From the human T2T-CHM13v2.0 reference genome, Homo sapiens, in the NCBI RefSeq assembly GCF_009914755.1, contig NC_060947.1: 64,000 nucleotides of DNA; one strand, 5' to 3'. Positions 30,190-43,781 of this stretch are shown here, in pieces; positions within the stretch are counted from its first letter, which is position 1, and each line of letters begins with the position of its first letter. A program made the position numbers and the translations under genes. Under the pieces are notes generated by a model. The model made no database searches. It had not been told where the DNA came from and worked only from the letters and a program-made list of their open reading frames with translations.

Positions 30190-32505
30190 GGGGTGTTTGG
30201 ACTGAGCAACTTTTTGAAAACAACCAAAAGTGCCAGATGAAATATAAAAAGTAACTTTCTTAAAACACTGACAAGCTGATAAAACAGGAAAAAATGATAA
30301 GGCTACATCTAAATGTAAACTGGAACTAGATAATTAATTTGAGCATGGAAGCTGATTTTACTCTGAGAGCATTTACTAAATTTGACGTTAAGTTTTCAAA
30401 ATCCTGGTTTAGGGTACAAAGTGCCAAGTGCAGGCCTGCCCAAGCCTGAAGACTAATAGGAATTCTTCCCTCATAACTCGTTTTACCACATGGGCTACCT
30501 TCTCAGGATGAGGGAAAATTAGCAGTAAAGTTCTCTCACACCCTACATACTCTCAGGAACTGCAAGGAATGCTACTTGGAGAATGAACAAAAGATGGCTT
30601 CAGAATAAGTGGTCTCAAGGGTTAAAAACAAGTAATTCTAATCTCTCACACACTTTTCCAGAGGAGAGGGAAAAGGAGCGTGCCAGACTTGGTTTTATGC
30701 TACCAGATGCCTGATAGAGAGACCCGGGGGAAAATGTACAAGAATAGTAAATTATAGGCCAATCTCACTCATGAACATTGATGCAAAAATTTTAGATATA
30801 TTAATAGCAAACCAAATCTGTGATATAAAAAGAATAATACTCTTGGAGTAAGCTAATTTACCATTAGAAAGGCAGCTACTATAAATTATTGCATTATTCT
30901 AAGAGAAAATTCATATAATCTTTATAATAAAACACTTGATAAAATTGAACACACAGGCAGGATTTAAAAAGGAAAAAAATCTTCTTCATGACTTAAGAAT
31001 AGAAAGGAAATGTTTTAACCTGCTAAAGAGTGACACTTTGAAAGATCTCCATTTGAGGCGAGGATGCTGTACACAACTATTCAACCTTATCTTGCAGGTC
31101 TTCACCTCCACCATAAGACAAAGAGTAAAAACAAAATATGTTGAAATTATAAACAATTGTCATTTTTACAAATGATATGATTGTGTATATAGATAATACA
31201 AAACAATCTGCAGTAAAATGTATAAGAAATAATAAGAAAGTTAATTTTTTAGGTATTTATTCCTTATAACAAAGTTAATTGCATATCTATTTACGAAGAA
31301 CAAGAATTTAAATATAATTTTTAATACCATTTACAATAAGATTAAAAATAGCAAGTATCTGGAAATAAATTTAACAAATATTTATGTGAACTTTACAGAG
31401 AAAATTTATGGAATTAAGTCAAGAAAATTAAGAAAATCATTGAATGATAAGACACACATTTTTGTGAATTAAAAGCTCAATATTGTCAATATATCAATTC
31501 TACCCAAATTGTTTTATAGAGTCAATGGAATCCCTGTGGAACCCCCAACAGTTATTTTTATAAAAGATGGAAAGCTGATTCTAAAATTTTTATGGAGAAA
31601 AGAAGTGTTAAGGACAGTCAAGATTCCCCTGGAGAAGAACAAGATGTGGAAATTGCCTACTAGATAATAAGAGTTGCTATTAAAACTATGGTAATCAAGA
31701 ATATGTGAATTGGTGGTTGGGTAAAAAATAAACCAAACAGAATAGAAGAGATAACATAGAAACAGACCAACTCATATACGGACATTCGGTGTATGATTTA
31801 AAAAGGGACATTTGTTGATCAACAGAGAAGAATGGACTCTTCAAGAAATGATGTTGGCTTAATTTGGAATCCAAGAATAAAGAATACAAACTTGAAACAA
31901 GACAAGAATATCCTCAATCACCGCTCCTATTCAACATTTCTCTCTATGTCCTAGCTAGTTCAATAAGACAAGAAAAAAAATTTTTTTAATGTACAGTTTG
32001 GAAAGAAAAATACAATTATCTCTATTTGCAGATGACATGATTGTCTATGCAGAAAATATAAGAATCTTAAAAACAAAACACAATAACACAACTCCTGGAA
32101 TGATAAGCAAGTTGAGCAAGGGCTCAGAAACAAGGTCAATGTATGATAGTAAATGGCTTTGCTATATAATAGCAATCAAGAATCTGAATTTCAAGTTAGG
32201 AAATCTGAAATATTTATAATAGCTCCAAAACATCAAAGCACTTTGGTATAAATCTGATAAAATATGTTTAAGACTTACACAAAAACCTGAAAAAACACTA
32301 ATGAAAGAAACCAAAGAAGATAAACATAATTAGAGGAAATTTGTGTTTATAGATTAGAAGACTCAATATAGCTAAAATGGCTATTCTTTCCAATGTGATC
32401 TAAAGATTTAATGCAATCCCACTGAAAACCTCAGTAAGCTTTTTTAATATACAAAGATATCCACAAACTGATAGGAAAATTTATATATAAAGACAAAACT
32501 ACTAA
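30190..32505 (+). mobile_element. Ancient L1M fragments (copy B at 30508-31480 plus further ORF2 pieces)
   Basis: ataggccaatctcactcatgaacattgatgcaaaaat; ORF 31989-32219 contains LSLFADDMIVY (L1 RT FADD motif). Confidence 0.75.
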
Positions 32506-33780
<1,275 letters not shown>

Positions 33781-34240
33781 TTGCAATGTCCTCATTTGTA
33801 ATAGAAAAGAAAATGGAAACAATTCAAATGTCCATCAACAGGAGAATGAATAAACAAACTGTGGTGCGTCCATACAACAGGATAAAATTGAAGAATAAAA
33901 TAGAAGAACTACTGTCACACACAGCACTTAGAGAAGTGCCGAGTGAAAGAAGCCAGTCTCGAAAGGTTATATACTATGCTATTCTCTTTATATAGCATGT
34001 GGCATTCAGAAAAAAGGCAAAGCTATAAGGTTAGATAACTGATCAGTGGTGGTCAGGGGTTGGATGGGAGTATTTGACTTCACATAAGAAATAGGAAGGA
34101 GTTCACTGTTTTGATAAGACTGTTTTTTATCCTGATTGTGATGTAGTTACACAAATTTATACATGTGTTAAAACTCATAGAACTGTAGAAAAAGTCAGTT
34201 TTACTCTATAATAATTTTAGAATAAAAATTTAAAAATAAT
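33781..34240 (+). mobile_element. Old L1ME/L1MC 3' end
   Basis: tggaaacaattcaaatgtccatcaacaggagaatgaataaacaaactgtgg...gagtgaaagaagccag...aaaactcatagaactgta. Confidence 0.75.
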
Positions 34241-34591
34241 TTGCCTCTAAGGATACCTGATAAATTTCATGAAGCTCCAAAGTAAGACTATTGTTAACGT
34301 TTTCATTTACTGAGAATAAAGAGCAAACTTTAAAGCCACAGATTTGACATTGAAATTATTAAAATTAAAATTCAGAAAATATTTAGTGATAAAAAACTAT
34401 GGGATTAATAATTTAAACTTCTTTTTTATTACAACAAAATGCTAAGTTTTCAAGCAAAATCCTCAGGTAATGGCTGCCATTCCAATCCACATTAAAACAT
34501 GGCCAAATTTACCATCCAAAAAAGGAGTCCTGACTTTTAATAAATTTTCATGAACTACACCTAGAAAATGTTACAGCGTGTTAATCCAGCT

Positions 34592-34716
34592 ACTCATTCA
34601 TGCTGTTGCCACATTTCTGTTAGTGACACCATCATTTCTACACAGAAACACAAACTCATTCATGCTGTTGCCACATTTCTGTTAGCGACACCATCACACT
34701 TCTACACAGAAACACA
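34592..34716. repeat. 62-bp tandem duplication in unique DNA
   Basis: actcattcatgctgttgccacatttctgttag(t/c)gacaccatca...ttctacacagaaacaca at 34592 and 34654. Confidence 0.95.
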
Positions 34717-35054
34717 TTTTATTTCAAAGCTAATATCAAATTAATAACTGCAAGTGTTATATTGCTCTAAAATCAAGAAAGTCACCACAGTTGTCCAGCT
34801 GATGTATTAATGAGGAAATTAATTCTGCCAGCAACATGAAATGCATTTAAAAAAATGAACTTTGAGCAACCTAAAAGTCAACTGATCTTCATTTCACTTG
34901 AATTTACCCTTGTTGCACTGGGACCTCTGGCTGGGGACCAGCCTGTTGCTACTACTGTTATTGTGAGACTTCTAGCCTGTGTCTTTAATGAGGGGCAGAT
35001 GATTGGAGGAGTCTGCAAGGCTTTCCAAATACGTTTTTCTTTCCTCTTGTACAG

Positions 35055-35106
35055 CTCCTGTGGAGCAAGAACCTGAAAAACTACTACTCTTATATGAATG
35101 AGACAG
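35055..35106 (+). other. Candidate 52-nt internal exon (gene unknown)
   Basis: Strong acceptor tttttctttcctcttgtacag, donor CAG|gtatgg; one open frame LLWSKNLKNYYSYMNET; lies in a block with no repeat I recognise. Confidence 0.35.
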
Positions 35107-36864
35107 GTATGGTAAATTCATGCCTTTGTGAATAAAAGTGTAAAGCTAGCAACCAATTTGTCACTTAGAAGAAGCTATATCAAGATATTAAAAGCACCAT
35201 CTTCAGTTTAAAGGGGTCCACTTTGTCCAACTTAAGAACCTCCACTAGGTCAGGGAGTGTTAGTACCTGAAAGAGCTAGATCACAGAGGAGAAATGTGAG
35301 AGAAGAGTCAGGAAATGGCAACAGGATTCCAAGGTACAGTGGATAAGGGTATGGATCATACTGTAAGCTGTTCTTTCTTACTGTTCTTTCTCTCTTGGTT
35401 GTGAAGTATCTATGTTGTCTGTTTTCATTGATCAAATAATGGCATCCCTACAAAAATTCACTTTACCCATTGCTCTGTGATTATAGTAGAGCTGGTGTAT
35501 TGTAACATGGGCCTTCATTTATCCCTAAGGTAGAGAACACCAACATTTTTGCAGAGTAAATGAAGGGAATACATTGAATTCAGAAGAGATTACCTAATAA
35601 ATGAGTGCACCACCTTCTGGAGCATTGTGTAAGTGTAGATTGAGTATAAATGGCCTTCAGTGGAGTGTGTAAATAATTCATTAGGCAGGAAATGAGAATC
35701 AGCCATTTTACTATTAGAAACATAGTGATATTCCTTTTTTCTTTATAAGGAAGGCTTTCATGACAGATGAGAATCATTCATCTCATCAAATGTCTTTTCT
35801 GCCTTTTGAAAAAGTGCAATGCAAATGCATTTTCCCTTCTTCCTCTTTATGAATGTGAATTCTTATTACACACATTTTATTGTTGGTAGACAGAAACTAT
35901 AACCCTGGCTTTAGAACGAACATGACACTCTCCAGGGGTTTACTATAAATAAAGCGTGTCTTGTCACTTCTCTGACCTTATATGTAACAATTTAGCCCCC
36001 TCCCCCAACATATTAAGGTTTACCACCCAACACTTCTAGCATAGGGTTTTAATTCACTACAGTGGAAAATGGTTTTGTCAAAGTACCTAAACTGGGGAAT
36101 CTGCACTGGAGCAGCATCAATTTACTAGATTTTTTCCCAGTTTTTCCAACCAATAAATAGTAGTTTCCCTAAAATTGCCTGAGAGCAATGAACACATCAT
36201 CATGTATATGCATATACACGAACACACACCTATGTATATGTTGTGTTAACATTTTTCAAATTTAAATAATGTTAAGAGAAGATTCATTAACTTAATAATT
36301 GGTTATTATTTCTTTAGCGTAAGGGAGAAAAAGGAAAAAAAGAGAGGGATTAGGACAAGTTAATTTGAAAAAATAAGCCTAGGAGAGGGATGTCATGAGA
36401 AAATCTCCCCCTCTGGCTTGCAGAGCGTACCAACAGAGCTGCTAGTAAATCTTGCACAAGAGATTCTGGGAAGATGGGGCTGGAAAAGTTCTCAGATGGC
36501 AGCACCACATCCACCGAGTCACCACCACATTCACCCAGCATATTATGGCTCACAGAAGCCTCCTAGCATTATGTTACAACAAAGTGTTTATCAGTATCTC
36601 TCCTTGGATTTTGTGATTACTACCATTTTTGTTTTATTGTTTTACGTTTTCTATGATGTGCAAATGATTCAAATATTAAACATCTTTAAAACTACCATTC
36701 AGACTCTTGGAGTTGTTAATATAGATCCAATTTACTGTCACTTTTTAGTGAGTTCCTCCTCAAAACTGTTAGCACTTTAACAGAGTGACATTTATTGATT
36801 TATCATGATTATATGAAGAATATTATTAGGGAAATTAGATAACGTAGAAGGGCAAAAACAGATA

Positions 36865-37425
36865 CTAATAATAATGGCTAAGTGCTTTATTTGTGCTTGA
36901 CCAATTTTAAGTATTAAATGCATTAACTAAGGCCGGGCGGGGTGGCTCACATCTGTCATCCCAGCACTTTGGGAGGCCAACGTGGGTGGATCACCTAAGG
37001 TCGGGAGTTTGAGACCAGCCTGATCAACATGGAGAAACCCTGTCTCTACTAAAAATACAAAATTAGCCAGGTGCGGTGGCACATGCCTGTAATCCCAGCT
37101 ACTCAGGAGGCTGAGGCAGGAGAATCACTTGAACCCAGGAGGCGGAGGTTGTGGTGAGCCAAGATCACACCATTGCCCTCCAGCCTGAGCAATAAGAGTG
37201 AAATTCCATCTCAAATAAATAAATAAATAAATAAATACAAATGCATTAACTAATTTACCCTTCACTCAACCACATATGTAGGTATATCATTATCTCCATT
37301 TTATAAGTGAGAAATCAGAGGCCTTGAACAACTAGGTGATATGGCTATGGTAAAATAGATAGATATACAGCCAGGATTTGGGCCTAATGAGCAGAGCTCC
37401 AGAGCTTGTGCGTTTAACCACTTTA
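36865..37425 (-). mobile_element. MIR interrupted by an Alu
   Basis: aataataatggct...; tctccattttataagtgagaaatcagaggc...agccaggatttgggcc...ctccagagc. Confidence 0.65.
36931..37238 (+). mobile_element. AluSp-like SINE with (AAAT)n tail
   Basis: gatcaacatggagaaaccc diagnostic; TSD aaatgcattaactaa (36916-36930 / 37239-37253). Confidence 0.95.
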
Positions 37426-37439
37426 ATTCGTCTTAAATA

Positions 37440-37504
37440 TGCGTGGGTGTATGTATGTGTGTGTGCATATGTGTATGTGTGTGTGGATGTGTGTGTGTGT
37501 GTGT
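37440..37504. repeat. Imperfect (TG)n microsatellite
   Basis: tgtgtgtgtgcatatgtgtatgtgtgtgtggatgtgtgtgtgtgtgtgt. Confidence 0.9.
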
Positions 37505-37847
37505 TGGGCACATGACTAGTGGGTGCGAGCAATATATAACTTAAAGTTTGTAGCCCGAAGCTGCTTTAAAATCCTGTCAAAAGGATCAGTATGGTATTCT
37601 TCCCTTGACACTAGATGGACATTTTGGCAGATTCTATTATTTTTCTGCATCTTCTGTCCAACGAAATCTCTCAATATAAAGCCCTTACACTTACCCACTG
37701 CTGCAATCAAAATCTTCCCCTGTCTATATCTAATTCATCCTGGATTTTATCAAACATCCAATAGTTTTATCTATCTGAAAAGAGAAATTTGTATTTTCAT
37801 TTTGACTTTTTTCTTTGTGTTTAAGTTTAAAGCATCTTGTCATAGGC

Positions 37848-38152
37848 TTTTCTTTTTTTTAATTTTCTTTTTTTTGTTATACTTTAAGTTTTAGGGTACA
37901 TGTGCACAATGTACAGGTTTGTTACATATGTATACATGTGCCATGTTGGTGTGCTGCACCCATTAACTCGTCATTTACATTAGGTATATCTCCTAATGCT
38001 ATCCCTCCCCCCTTCCCCCACCCCACAACAGGCCCCAGTGTGTGATGTTCCCCTTCCTGTGTCCATGTGTTCCCATTATTCAATTCCCACCTATGAGTGA
38101 GAACATGCGGTGTTTGGTTTTTTGTCCTTGCGATAGTTTGCTGAGAATGATG
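37848..38152 (-). mobile_element. Short young L1PA 3' end (L1PA3-5-like)
   Basis: ttatactttaagttttagggtacatgtgcacaa...gtttgctgagaatgatg; no TSD identified. Confidence 0.92.
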
Positions 38153-38689
38153 TATAAGATAACTTTCCATAGTAAGGATGTTCATCTTCTTTCATGTATG
38201 GTGCAAATATTTTCCTGGGTTTTTAAATTTGTTTTGTGATTTATACTTGGATATTTTCTTCTATATAGACTGTTACTAACAATCATTTTTTTAGTAGCTT
38301 CTGCATCTGCCTTCAAATATTAAGAAGTTTTTGCCTTCAGTAAACATTTATTGAAATAAGATATGGACCCCTGTGGAGCTTGTAATCCAGTGGAAGGACC
38401 AGAGATGAAGAATGATCACAGCACAGTGTGACAAGCACAGAACAAAGTGCTATGGAATCAAAGAGAGAAACTATTACATTCAAATTGTTACATTATTACT
38501 AGGGGGTTGATAGTTACAGAGAATATTTTCATAGGGTTTAAAATATGGCTGACAGTGGAGTGAAAAGAGAAGCAATAGAAGGGAGCAGCAAGAAGTGAAG
38601 CTCAAGCAGCAGAAAGAAGCCAAATTGTCAGACACATCTTTTTCCTCTTGAAGATTTGGATCTTATATCATAGTGATGAGAAAAGGGCC

Positions 38690-39113
38690 TACTCCATGCA
38701 TTCTTGTCTCTCATTTGCTCCAACTCCAACCTTGACTTTGCTCTTTCTCTCTATATTGAACCACCAATGATTCCTTAAGATGATATGTGTTCTCATCCTG
38801 AATTTTGCACACAATATCTTAATCTTTGTGTGCACTTATTTTTCACTGGTCTGTATGGCCATGTTCACATCTTTATGCTTTCCCCTCCTCAAATGGAACA
38901 ACTGTTCCCTTCATGAACTAGCATTCTCCCTGGGCATAAGCCTTCCTTAGCATCCAGTACCTGAGCTGTAATCATTTTCACTCACATGTAGCAAAAGGCT
39001 AAGCTATTTGACATAATGTACTTTCAATTCCACAGTAGTAGCAATGCTTAACAAATAGTAGGCACTGGATGAGTCTTTACTAAATAAACAATTGGGTGAA
39101 TGAGTGAGTGAGT
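38690..39113 (+). mobile_element. L2 3' fragment
   Basis: Degenerate L2 3' end caatgcttaacaaatagtaggcact...gaatgagtgagtgag. Confidence 0.55.
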
Positions 39114-39610
39114 AGTTTAATTGGAATACTGTTCCGGCTGAACCATGGAGCCATGGACTTGAAAGGACAAGTTGTCCAGATGATTTTACTCTGCTGGAAA
39201 TTTCTTGAACATTCTCTAAGAGAAACTTCTTTACTATGGAAAATAAGGCTCTCTCACTAAAAGATTACTATATGCACAGATAGTTAGATTAAATAAAATA
39301 TAGTCTGTATATACACGGACTCTAGAAACAAGGATATAATATATGGATTTTAGGAAGTCTACAAGGACTGGGTCATTAGGCAGTAGGAAATGGGGACACA
39401 CTCACATCAAGGGAGTGGCATGATTAGAACTGTAGCAGAGGCAGTTAACGGGGTGAACACATTAGATGATAGTTCCAAAGAAGAAGTAATAAAGGCAGGA
39501 ACTAGAGCACTAGCAGTAAAAACAGACAGATAAAGATGGATTTTAACAATTAACAAATATTTATTGAACTCTGAAAACACTAATGTGAATACTATGAAGA
39601 AATTTTTATA

Positions 39611-40101
39611 GTATTGGTTGGTAAATTATGCTTAGTCTCCAACGTTTCTACATTCTGACCTTGTTCTGTGCTCTGCGGGGCTGATCTCAATGGCAAGTGT
39701 CTCTGGATTTCCCTTATCCCTTATTGGCTTTGACTAACTGGGGGGCGGGGTACCAGCAGGAGACCCAAAGGAGGAAGGTGAAGTATTTACCTCTTTCCCA
39801 CCCTAGCTCCTTCTTCATCTCACTTGGGTTTTGGCAGCAGCAGTGTCCTGCCAAGGCCACAGCTTATTTTCAGAAGCCCCTAGTCCATATAACCAGGGAT
39901 CATCAGACTCTGCTAACACCATGCTGCCTCAAGCATGGAAGACAATGTCTATCAACTGAAGCTAGTCCTTGGGGACCTTATGGTTCTTAGTTGATTCTAT
40001 AAACCTTTCCAAAACTGTGGAAACTGTCCCTTCATTAAATTATGTTCAATTTGACCGTTTGAGGGAGGCTTTATCTCTCCCTCTGGGAGCCTGTTTATTA
40101 C
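39611..40101 (+). mobile_element. ERVL solo LTR (LTR33-family)
   Basis: ggtaaattatg...ctctgtgctctg...cagcaggagacc...cccttcattaaattatgttcaatttgaccgtttgag. Confidence 0.6.
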
Positions 40102-40296
40102 TCTTATAAATCCAAAGGTACTTTTAAGAAAATAGACAATACCAGCTATGGAAATGGAGCTATCATTAGTAGAATTTAGGTTTTTAATTATTTACTAATA
40201 ATCGCCACAAAGATAACACACTAATGTTATTTGTTTGTGAACAAACTGAGCAGATTCTGAGTTCTCTAACTATACATCCCTTGCCCTCTATTTTCA

Positions 40297-40714
<418 letters not shown>

Positions 40715-40976
40715 TCATCTTTCTCTACAGCATTGCTAAATTTTATGCCAAGCCCCTTATTCAAGTCTGAATTCTGATTCTCTCTAAACCACACCATAGC
40801 ATGTCCTGAACTTGAAATTGTTTTTTAACTGTTGTTTCAGGTATGTTGTATTGTTACTCACAGAAGTCCAGGAGCATCCTGGGGTTAGATACAAATTTGT
40901 GACTAACTTTCAAATTTTCATCTATATTTCAGTGTTAATAATGTATTTGACTTTATTTCTCCCTCTTTTCACCCTG

Positions 40977-41521
40977 TGTGATCGTTAATACTGTTAACTT
41001 GATTAGATTGAAGGATGCAAAATATTGTTTCTGGGTATGTCTGTGAGGTTATTGCCAAAGGAGATTAACATTTGAATCAGTGCCCTGGGAGAGGCAGACC
41101 CATCCTCAATCTGGGAATGCACAATCTAATCAGCTGCCAGCAAGGCTAGAATAAAGCAGGCAGAAGAATGTGGAAGAACTAGACTGGCTGAGTCTTCCGG
41201 CCTTCATCTTTCTCCCATACTGGATGCTTCCTGCCTTCGAACGTCAGACTCCACGTTCTTCAGCTTTTGGACTCTTGGATTTACAGCAGTGGTTTGTCAG
41301 GGACTCTCAGACCTTTAGCCACAGACTGAAGGCTGCACTGTAGGCTTCCCTAGTTTTGAGGTTTGGGGATTTGGACTGGCTTCTTTGCTCCTCAGCTTGC
41401 AGACGGCCTATTGTGGGACTTCACCTTGTGACTGTGTGAGTCAATACTCCCTAATAAACTTCCCTTTATATATACATCCACCCTATTAGTCCTGTCCCTC
41501 CAGAGAACCCTGACTAATACA
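40977..41521 (+). mobile_element. MLT2A (MLT2A2-like) HERV-L solo LTR
   Basis: tgtgatcgttaat...gattgaaggatgcaaa...aataaac...gagaaccctgactaataca; perfect TSD ccctg (40972-40976 / 41522-41526). Confidence 0.93.
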
Positions 41522-42725
41522 CCCTGAAAACTCTATTTTTGTTACTCTCTCAGAATGAGCTTCCCTTTTTAAATATAACGACCTCTAAATAAACCAACCC
41601 AAATTTATGGGTATGATTCCTAATTTTTGTACAGAAACCATAATTATCCACTCCTTTTAAAAATATAATTTCGCATGATGGTATGTGCCCATCCCCCAAG
41701 GCTCTTTATCTTGTTCTAAGTATCTGAAAACCCTGCTCACTGCCAGGTGGGAAGACAGCAGGGCTGCTATTGCTGTTGGACTGACGCATATCTTTGGAAA
41801 CAATGAAAACCAAGACAAAATATACCAAAATCTCTGGAATGCAACAAAAGCAGTGTTAAGAGGAAAGTTTATAACACTAAATGCCCACATGATGAAGTCA
41901 GAATGATCTCAAATGAACATTCTAATATTACACCCAGAGGAACTAGGAAAGTAAGAGCAAATCAACCCCAAAGCTAGCAGAAGAAAAGGAATAACTAAAA
42001 TCAGAGACAAGCTAAACAAAATTGAGATGCGATAATTCACGCAAAGAATCAAAAAAAGATAAGTTGGTGTTTTGAAAGAATAAACAACACAGATAATCAC
42101 TAGCTAAATTAACAAAAAAAGAGAGAAAATGCAAATAACTGCAAACAGAAATGACAAAGATAACATTACAACTGATGCTGCAGAAATACAAAAGATCCTC
42201 AGAGACTGTTATGAACACCTCTATGCATAGAGACAACAGAATCTACAGGAAAAGGATAAATTTCTGTAAACATACAACCTCCCCAGATCAAATCAGGAAG
42301 AAATTGAAAGCTTGAACAGACCAATAATGCATTATTAAATTGAAACAGTAATAAAAACCTACCGACCAAAAAAAGCCCTCTACCAGATAGATTCACAACT
42401 GAATTCTACCAGATATGCAAAGAGGAGCTGTTACCAATCACACTGAAACTATTCCAAAAAATTGAGGAGGAGTGTTTCCTCTTTAATTCATTCTATGAAG
42501 CCAGCATTATCCTGATACAAACATCTGGAAAAGGCACAACAAAACAAGAAAACTAATGGCCAATACATCAGATGAACATAGATGCAAATATCCTCAACAA
42601 AACACTACTAAACTGAATACAGCAGGACATCGAAAAGTTAATTAACCATGATCAGGAAGGCATAATTCCTGGGATCCAAGTTTGGTTCAACATACGAAAA
42701 TCAATAAAGGTGGTTCACCGCATAA

Positions 42726-42836
<111 letters not shown>

Positions 42837-43371
42837 TAAAGACAGATTAAAGACTCAAATGTAAAACCCCAAACCATAAAAACCCTAGAAAAAAATCTAG
42901 GCAATATCATTCAGGACATAAGCATGGGCAAAGATTTTTATAATAAAATATCCAAAAGCAATTGCAACAAAAGCTAAAATTGTCAAATGGGATCTAATTA
43001 AACTAAAAAGCTTCTGCACAGCAAAAGATACTATCATCAGAGTGAACAGGCAGTCTACAGAATGGGAGAAAATTTTTGCAATCTACTCATCTGACAAAGG
43101 TCTAATATCCAGAATTTACATGGAACTTAAATTTACAAGAAAAAAAAAAACGTATGACCAAACTGAAATAAATAAATAAATAAATAAATAAAAACATTGA
43201 ATTCATTCAAATCAAATTATTGGTATCTAGCCTCTCAGCCATAAGGAATCACTGAATGTTAAAAATGTGTGGAAATTTAACAGATAAGGAAACCAAGGCC
43301 TTTAGCACTAATATAGCCTAAAATCATGCTGCTAGTAGTCTTAGAATATAAATCACAACACATGTCTTCCT

Positions 43372-43733
43372 TGGAATCAACAGAAATGCCCATTGACAGT
43401 AGACTGGATGAAGAAAATGTGTACATATACACCATAGAATACTACATAGCCATAAAAAAGAATGAGATCATGTCCTTTGCAGCAACATGGAAGGAGCTAG
43501 AGGCCCTTATTCTGAGCAAACTAATGCAGAAGCAGGAAATCAAATACCACATGTTCTTACTTATGAGTGAGAACTAAATATTGAGTACCCATGGACACAA
43601 AGAAAGGAACAATAGACACTAGGACTTACTTGAGGGTGGAGGGTAGGAGGAGGATGAGTATTGAGAAACTACCTATCAGATAATATGCTTATTACCTGGC
43701 TGATCAAATAATCTGTACACCAAACCCCCGTGA
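43372..43733 (+). mobile_element. Older L1 (L1PA13-16/L1PB-type) 3'UTR fragment lacking its own 3' end
   Basis: tggaatcaacagaaatgccc...actacctatcaga...caaacccccgtga, stopping before the terminal aacctgcac/poly-A. Confidence 0.75.
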
Positions 43734-43745
43734 AAAATAAAACAG

Positions 43746-43746
<1 letters not shown>

Positions 43747-43778
<32 letters not shown>
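43747..43778. repeat. (AC)16 microsatellite
   Basis: Perfect AC run. Confidence 0.95.

Positions 43779-43781
<3 letters not shown>

Noticed and set aside
37523-37894. 123-aa hydrophobic ORF
   Set aside because: Non-ATG start, T-rich low complexity running into an L1 poly-T tail.
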